Program-made: the position numbers and the translations under genes
Part shown: in pieces, positions 56,673 to 64,000 of the stretch
How the letters are laid out: each line of letters begins with the position of its first letter
Numbering within the stretch: position 1 is the first letter of the stretch
Origin: Auanema rhodensis
Taxonomy: Eukaryota > Animalia > Nematoda
Assembly: GCA_964057225.1 (NCBI GenBank)
Contig: OZ059894.1
Span: 15,934,001 to 15,998,000, forward strand
Direction of reading: 5' to 3'
DNA length: 64,000 nucleotides
Notes under the pieces: model-generated
The model's database searches: none
The model's input: the letters and a program-made list of their open reading frames with translations, nothing else
What the model was told of the DNA's origin: nothing

Positions 56673-58988
56673 TATTGTTTCTTCAATAGAAGATTTAACC
56701 TGAAATGTTGAAGATAAAACATTATTCAGATATATGATAATAGAGAAAATTGCAAAAGAAATTTGATGTATCAAAGCTTTCAATAAACTTCGTCAGTGTT
56801 TTTAGATCATAAAATTCTTGCATACATAAAACAAGAAAAAAAAAGCTGAATGAACAGCAAAGAAATTAAAGTGAAATCATAACTAGAAGTTAAGATGACC
56901 GAGAGGTGGAGCATAAGATTAAACTGAAACTAAATATCTAGATCACTTTGATATAATATCATCGCAATCATGACTATTTAATTGCTTATAATATTGAAGA
57001 AAATAACTTTTTTTTTAAATATTTGGGAAAAGTTATGCAATTTATATTGTCATTAATACAAATATTATGAAAAATAAAAAGGTAAATAAAATGCATTAAT
57101 ATGGTTGAAAAGAAATAACATTTTCAACTATGTCTGAATATATAACTATATATATATATATATATATATTTATTTTTTTTCATATAAAATACAAATGTAC
57201 TAATAAGAATCAAAGCAAAAAAAAAACCAATTAAGAGCAATAGAATAGAAATATTTTGAAGTACTCTATGAAACACATTTTTAAAGAAAATATATTCATT
57301 GAAATAATTAATATTATAAAAATTTAATGTTTAATCTATATATAAATGATTACAATAGAAACATAATAAATTGTCTGTTATATGTGAATCCAAATATATT
57401 AGAGCTCATTCATGTGTCTGCAAAATAAAATTGATAAAATGAGAGGAAAAAGAATGGTATTCTGATGAATTATAAAGTAGTTCAACATTATCAGTTTGAA
57501 TCTTTTATTCTTTAAAAGTTTCATTTTCTATACCAAAATTGAACTATTTGAATCTTGTTAATAGAGTTATGAGCTAGAAAATGAGAAGAAAGAACAAAGT
57601 ATATGAAGTTCATCAAGCGATAATCAAAGATAATTATTGTGAGATGATAATTGCTTTGTATTCAGATTCACTTCACAAGACTTGAAACAAAAAAAAATCC
57701 TTTTTTGGAGAATTTCAAGCTGATTCTAATTGAAGTGTTCATTATTCATAATTATTTCTATTCATAAAAGTTTTAAATAGATTTTATAAAGCTTTATATA
57801 GTAAAATATGAATAGATAACTAATAAAAGAAATTCATCTCAGTATAGTAACTATAACAAAAGTTTCGGAAAATAAAATATTTAAAATCAGAGAACATTAT
57901 TTGATAATTATAATAAAATAAATATGAAAATGATTTTATCAAATATTCTAATACACTTGAAGAAAGTGATGAAAGAAGGAACAAAATGATATAAGTCGTT
58001 AACTATTCTTATAGTATAGATCATTCCATATAGAAATATTTATAATAATCATAACTATTTAGAAATAGAAATGTATAACTTAAATGAAAATTAAAGTCAA
58101 TTTACTTTTCTTTTTTTTTTCAAATTACACAGCATCTAAAACAAAATATTAAAAAAAAATCTTTTCATCATCCTAACTATGTTTAACTAAATTTTAGAAA
58201 AAAAAATTTGAAATACTGAATGATAGTTGAACAAGTGTATGACTCTTCCTTCCTATCTTATAGTTATAAACGAACTCCAGTTAAAGAAGAAATGGAAATG
58301 GAAATAAAATTTAAATAGTAATTTAAGTGAATATTCTTTATTATAAGTATATATAACTATATAAATATAACTTTATGTATATGGATAAATAGATATAATT
58401 ATCCAAAACCCTTTAATTGAATATGATTATATCAATATCTACCAAATTACTAATGATTAAAAGAATCAGAAAATAAATTATTTATATATAATGAAGAAGA
58501 ACATGATGTATAATTAGAAAAGTTTATATAGTTCAAAGTTTTCCATCAAATGATCTCACAACACTTTCCAAAATATATTATTAACTTTTTTATATTTATA
58601 ATAATAAAATAATAAAAAAAGACATATAAATTAAACTATTATTTAATCTAATAAACAAAATATTGTATTCAATTACGTAAAATAAACATAATTATAACCT
58701 ATTGTATTCTTTTTTCTGCAAGTTGTACTGATAATATTAGACATATTTGTGAATATCTGGATTGCGATCATGTTTAACAAAATATTTTCTTTATTTATTA
58801 AAAATTTTAAATAAAATTTAGTACAATTAGTCGTTTTCAAATACAACAATTGAATATTATAAAAATTATTTTTCATATTTTATAAGCTATATGGAGAAGA
58901 AATGATTTTTAAACTTATTGCGAACAACAATTACAGATTTAATAATTTACAGGAAGAACTACATAAAGAGAAATAAAAAAAATAATAA

Positions 58989-58989
<1 letters not shown>

Positions 58990-59020
<31 letters not shown>

Positions 59021-59043
59021 AAAAGAGAGAAAAAGAGAGAGAA

Positions 59044-59074
<31 letters not shown>

Positions 59075-59094
59075 AAGAGAGAAAAAGAGAGAGA

Positions 59095-59148
<54 letters not shown>
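58990..59148. repeat. Long (GA)n microsatellite
   Basis: ~160 bp AG/GAAA run. Confidence 0.95.
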
Positions 59149-59151
<3 letters not shown>

Positions 59152-60324
59152 AATAATTCTTTGTGAGTGAACTGTGAAAGTAAGTTAAGCAATAATAGAT
59201 AATTTGAAATTAAAAAAAAAACAATAAAAAAGTAAAAAAAAAGAAAAAAAATATTTTAGGATATGTATCTTATAATATTGTTTATTTATAAGAAATTAAA
59301 TATACATATATTATACATATAGTATAAAAATAAAAATTTTTAATGTAAAAAAATAGATATTGTTTCTTCATTTTTATAGTTTGCATAGCTTATAGACGGT
59401 ATATAACAACATTTAATTATCTTTTTTTATTAATATTTATCTCTATTTCTGTTTTTTTTCATCGAAAAATACTTTGAAATCCTATCATGTCAATTTTTTT
59501 AGAAAGCTTCTATGGGAACTTGTGAAATCAGATCCTGTTTTTAAGTTCCTTCATTCACCAACAATAGAAGTAAAAAGCCTTAAGATATAAGTATAGAACA
59601 ATTCCATTTTCTTTTTATTATTTTCTTCTTTTAAAATTTTTTTTCTTTTCAATTTCTCTCTTAATTTATTTAATTGTTTAACTTCTCTAATTTGTACTCT
59701 AACAAATGTTAATTTTTGCATATTTGAACTTATGCTCTGCCCTTAGTTAATAAATTGTTTTTAAAAGTTTACTTCCCTCTTTTCCTTAAAATATAAATTA
59801 ATGTTCTGCCTATTTAAACTTTAAAACTTGATTGTCAATTCTAATAATTTAATAGCTAATTCATTCTTAAATCATAGTTATTTCAAATTGTTTCATCTAT
59901 TTTATTATTTATATATTTTTCTTTTTCATTTTTTTGAATAATTTTTTGACTATATCCTAAACTATTCATATTTTAACTTATCTATATATAAAGATATTCT
60001 TTTGTGCATCAAAAAGATTTTTCCCAGACAAAAAGGAAAAAGCGTTGAGCCATGTGCTTCGTTGACCACAAATTTCGCCTCACAAGCTGAACAAACTGAA
60101 TTATCTTCCGTTTTCTGAAGCTGACAATTACGAAAACGATCATTGTCTTCGTCCATAACTTAGAGTTGTTTTACTCAAACATTATAATTAAGTTTTGAAG
60201 AAAAATGTTTTAACATGACAATAGAAAAACGTTTTTGAATCGGCATAAAATTTTGTATAAGCGTTACTTAGAAGAATTTTTCTTTTACGTAGTAGAGTGA
60301 CGTGAAAATATTCTATAATATATA

Positions 60325-61023
60325 CAGTCCTGTGCAAAAAACCTCGGACAAAAATATCTTAGAGGCCCCAGAAACCCCTTCAAACTACAAAAAAATTTTT
60401 TTTTTAATTTCATAAGTTTCGTAATGTCACATAGTATATATTCAGTCAAAATATATGTTAATATAATGAAAATTGATTTCAATATTTTTTTCTAAATTTA
60501 TAAGGAAAAATAGTGTTTTTTGACTATTTTGAATAATTCATCTTAATATAACAAAATTTGAGATTAGGAACATGTTAATTCATTAAAAAATATTTTAAAA
60601 TGATTCTAAGCACAAAGCTCAATCAATAACTAAGTTTTTCCTATGGCATAGCTTCAAACAAGTAAGCTTCAGCATCTGAATCTTACTGAATATCTATGAA
60701 GATAACGTGGTTAACATACAACCAAATTCTCCCGTTTAAAAGAAAAATAGACGTTTAGTGTACTCCTAACATTCTATCAAAAGATTATTTCTGAAGTCTT
60801 GATGAAACTTCTGAAATTCAAGAAAGAAGACTTCTAGCAGTTTATGAAAATTTCGGAGACTCCAAAAAATACTTTTGAACATGATTTTCAAAACTTTAAA
60901 GATTTTTTCTGAATTCATTATCAATTTTTAACACTCAAAATGTATTTTTTCTGATTTTTTGTAGTTTGTCTGAGAAGGTATAAGGGATTCTAAAAGTTGT
61001 CCGAGGTTTTTTGCACATGACTG
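60325..61023. mobile_element. Non-autonomous Tc1/mariner-type DNA transposon (MITE), 699 bp
   Basis: 27 bp TIRs cagtcctgtgcaaaaaacctcggacaa / ttgtccgaggttttttgcacatgactg (1 mismatch), CAGT termini, TA on both sides, subterminal inverted caaactacaaaaaa; no transposase ORF. Confidence 0.92.
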
Positions 61024-64000
61024 TAGTTATATGAGTATATATAGTATATAGTATATAGAGATATATGTGAAATGTTGTTGATCATTATAAATCATTCTAA
61101 TTATGTATGAAAATGATAGAACTTGTACAAAAAAAAAATTGATGGATTTGAATTTTGCAACGATTACTACAGGCTTTAGGGTTTTTAAAGTATTTAGCTT
61201 TCATTAGGTAATAAATGGCATTTCCAGGCATTGTTACTTTTATTTTTCTTTATTGTTTAGTCTAAAGCTTGTAAACAGGCTTAAAGAGAATAAGTGTGGC
61301 CCGCTATTGGCGATAAAAGGTTCTAAGTAGAAAAGATATAAAACTGATGCTAAAGGGGTGGTAGGGTGGGCGAATAAAAGTTTTTGTTGTGGTAGAGTAT
61401 GAGGATAGTGCGAAGAAGAATGCCAATTGTGTTATGTCTGTGGGTAATGATGACGTCAGAGTATGATATAGAATAGGATGAACTTGAAAGAACTTCAAAA
61501 ATCTATATGATATACGATATATAAGTCATTTAGCAACCGAGTATATGATGCTTACAAATACAAATTAAGAAAAAGTTTACGTGAATATCACGTGATACAA
61601 TAAGATTTATGCTAATTTATAAAAAATAATAAGAAGATGGGAAAAATGATTGTTTTGATGAAATATTGTATATATCAGAAGCCATTTATATATATTTTTT
61701 TCATATTTATAATAGTTCAAATTACCTAAATATATCTTAATTATACTGAATAATGAATTACAAATTGTTTTTTTTCTGCACAGCTTGCAATCTGAAATTC
61801 TTATTTTTAAAGCAAATTCTGTCGAAAATGACAATACAATAATGTTTTATCTAATATGTTGTATATATAAAATTGAAAAAGTATCTGAAATTCCGATAAT
61901 TTTTTAATTTTTTCTTACAAATATTCACAATTTTAATTCTGGCTCATGTACCTCATTGTCGTTGAAGTTATGGCCATTGTTCAACAAAAACGTTTTAAGC
62001 TAGTTATGATGTCATATGTCCATATCCTTTCTTTAGTTCATTATTATAATATATAGTTTTTTCTTCTCATAATTTATACATTTTCTTGTTTAAGCCACTA
62101 AATGAAGTAGAGAGAGAGGGAAAGAATATGGGGGTGAATGTATTGTATTCTGATGTCAACTAGTGTCTCTATTCAATTTCGAATTTTCAATGCTTAGTTT
62201 TTTTCTTTTTTTTCCATAATAACACGCTTGAAAAAAAAATTGTCCTTAGACCAAATTCACTCGTTTTTTTCCTTTTACATGTCCAGAAAGTAGTCTAGTT
62301 TTCTACTAAATGAGTATTTTCATACCATGTTTGTCTGATATCGTATACATCCATACATATGTGTGTTTTCATTGAATTTTTCGTATTTTCACTATTTTAG
62401 TTAAAGAAATGCTGTTTGAGTTAGTAAATTTATACTAACTATATGTTGAATTTTCATACAGAATATCTCGTATAATCTTAGATCTTCAAGCGTTAGTCGT
62501 TAGCTTCCCGGCTTTATTAGCTTGTTGCTAGCCACCTCAGCTATCTAGGTTACGGAGATCAGTCACCCATGATTACCCTCTCTAGACCTTGAAAGTCTAG
62601 AAAAGACAAAATTTGAATTTATTATTTTCTTACAAAATTCATTGTTGTTTTTCATTTTGGCATAAGTTCTTATATGAATCTAAATTAAGTTAAAATATTT
62701 GGAATCTAATATATATTTTTTTAAAATTCTTTATTTTAAAAAAAAATTAAGGCGATAATTTATTTTATATTTATCTTATTGACTTACTTCCGTCTTGTTT
62801 TTCTATCTATCTCTTTGGTAAAGTATTAAAAAAAGGAAAAAACAGCAGAATGTAAGATCTTCACGGACGATACAACGTGCATATTCACGCGTGGGATAGA
62901 AGCATGACAAGCTGCTGAAGTAAGCGATGTAGCGTGTTTAGCCAGTAAGAATGAAGAGAGAAGCTGAAGCCAATTAAAAAATCTGAAGAGCCAGGAAGGA
63001 GAGATATGGAAATAAAAGAAATTTTGATAATCAGAATGAAGTGAAATGTTTACAGTTGTTCAATTCAATTAAAGAATTGATGTGATGGCTTTCAGATTTC
63101 ATAGTTTAAAAATAACATTGATCTAATTAAAAACAATTTTTATTGCACAAACTATTTGTATTTATATAATGTTTATTTTCTTTTTTTTCATTAATTTTAA
63201 TTATTTTTTTATTATTTCTATGCTTATTACCTGAATGATATCGCTTAGCCATTCTAGGAGAGCAGGCGGTTAATGCTCTTGCTGTCTCTCTTTCTCTTAC
63301 TTTGTCATTTTCTTTCACTACCCTTCTTCCAATTGTTCTCTAAGTTGCTCTCTTTGAATTTTGCTACTGACCCTTTCCGTCTATGTTAGATTTTCGAGAA
63401 GAAGAGAGATAAAGGGATATACTAGCTCATATAACCCTCGGGGTGTGGTAGGTCCAGAAGTGACAGAGAGATAGAAAGAAAGGGGAAATATAGAGGGAGG
63501 GAAAGAAAACGAAAAGAGAGAAGAGTCGAATGTTGTCCCCGCATACATATATACAGAGAGAATGTTGCCAAGTATTGATCTCTTTTTCTCTTCCTTTCCT
63601 TCTCTCTCCAATTTTCTTTAGCACTCAGTGCATCTCTCCGTTTCCTCTACATGGGGTAACAGGAGCCAGACGGCCGATGGCACCAGAGAGACAGAGATCA
63701 CGAGGCAGAGTGAGTGATGAGAGAAACAGAGCGAGAAAGAAACAGAGAAAATACGATACAAGCTGTCTGAATGTCAGTAGTGAAGAGACTGATTGAGAGT
63801 GAAAGAAGCAGAGCCAAAGCTAAAGCCCGTAGAACCAAGGCTTTCCGAGGTGAATGGATGTGAAGCCGAGCAACCGACTAGCTGACAGGGAGAGAGAGAT
63901 CAGAGACGCAGATGGCACACTAGGCATAATGCCCGAGGGCGAATAGTCGCTCTGCTACTGCTTCTCCTGCTACTCTACAAAGAAAGCAAGCAAGCAGGCT

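Noticed and set aside
58918-59192. RERE/LSLS ORFs here and at 8908, 17009, 17607, 38560 and similar sites
   Set aside because: Translations of (GA)n/(TC)n microsatellites.
61160-61490. G/T-skewed tract that looked like a mitochondrial insertion or telomere-like sequence
   Set aside because: No recognisable mitochondrial gene in the frames I tried and no TTAGGC array.
63822-63844. aaagcccgtagaaccaaggcttt resembling the miR-100/miR-51 family
   Set aside because: The seed is GCCCGUA rather than ACCCGUA and only a 6 bp stem forms.

Overview
Eukaryotic, intron-rich, very AT-rich genomic DNA from a nematode, probably a clade V rhabditid. The evidence is the typical 45-55 nt introns, TTTCAG-type acceptors and close similarity to C. 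elegans proteins as I recall them. The ORF track is mostly exon fragments or antisense/microsatellite artefacts, so gene models were rebuilt by hand-splicing. Contents in order: a >=1.5 kb palindromic head-to-head duplication of an orphan Q/N/Y- and S/P-rich gene whose 3' UTR carries GLD-1/FBF-type motifs; a class 3 lipase; a secreted Cys-rich CC-domain protein; acs-1 with a long upstream non-coding region; a YGGYG (NLP/CNC-like) peptide gene with a duplicated exon-intron unit; ddx-17 head-to-head with aip-1; a mucin-stalked gamma-glutamyltranspeptidase lacking catalytic motifs; an RFamide (FLP-31-like) precursor; an SLC22-type transporter; a C6-like domain protein; unc-41 (stonin); a Cys-rich three-finger-like surface protein; an Srg chemoreceptor; and a Tc1/mariner-type MITE family. 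The most notable signals are the palindromic orphan gene pair, the candidate ddx-17 poison-splicing intron, the FLP-31-like peptide and the pseudo-GGT. All homology calls are from memory; no database search was run.
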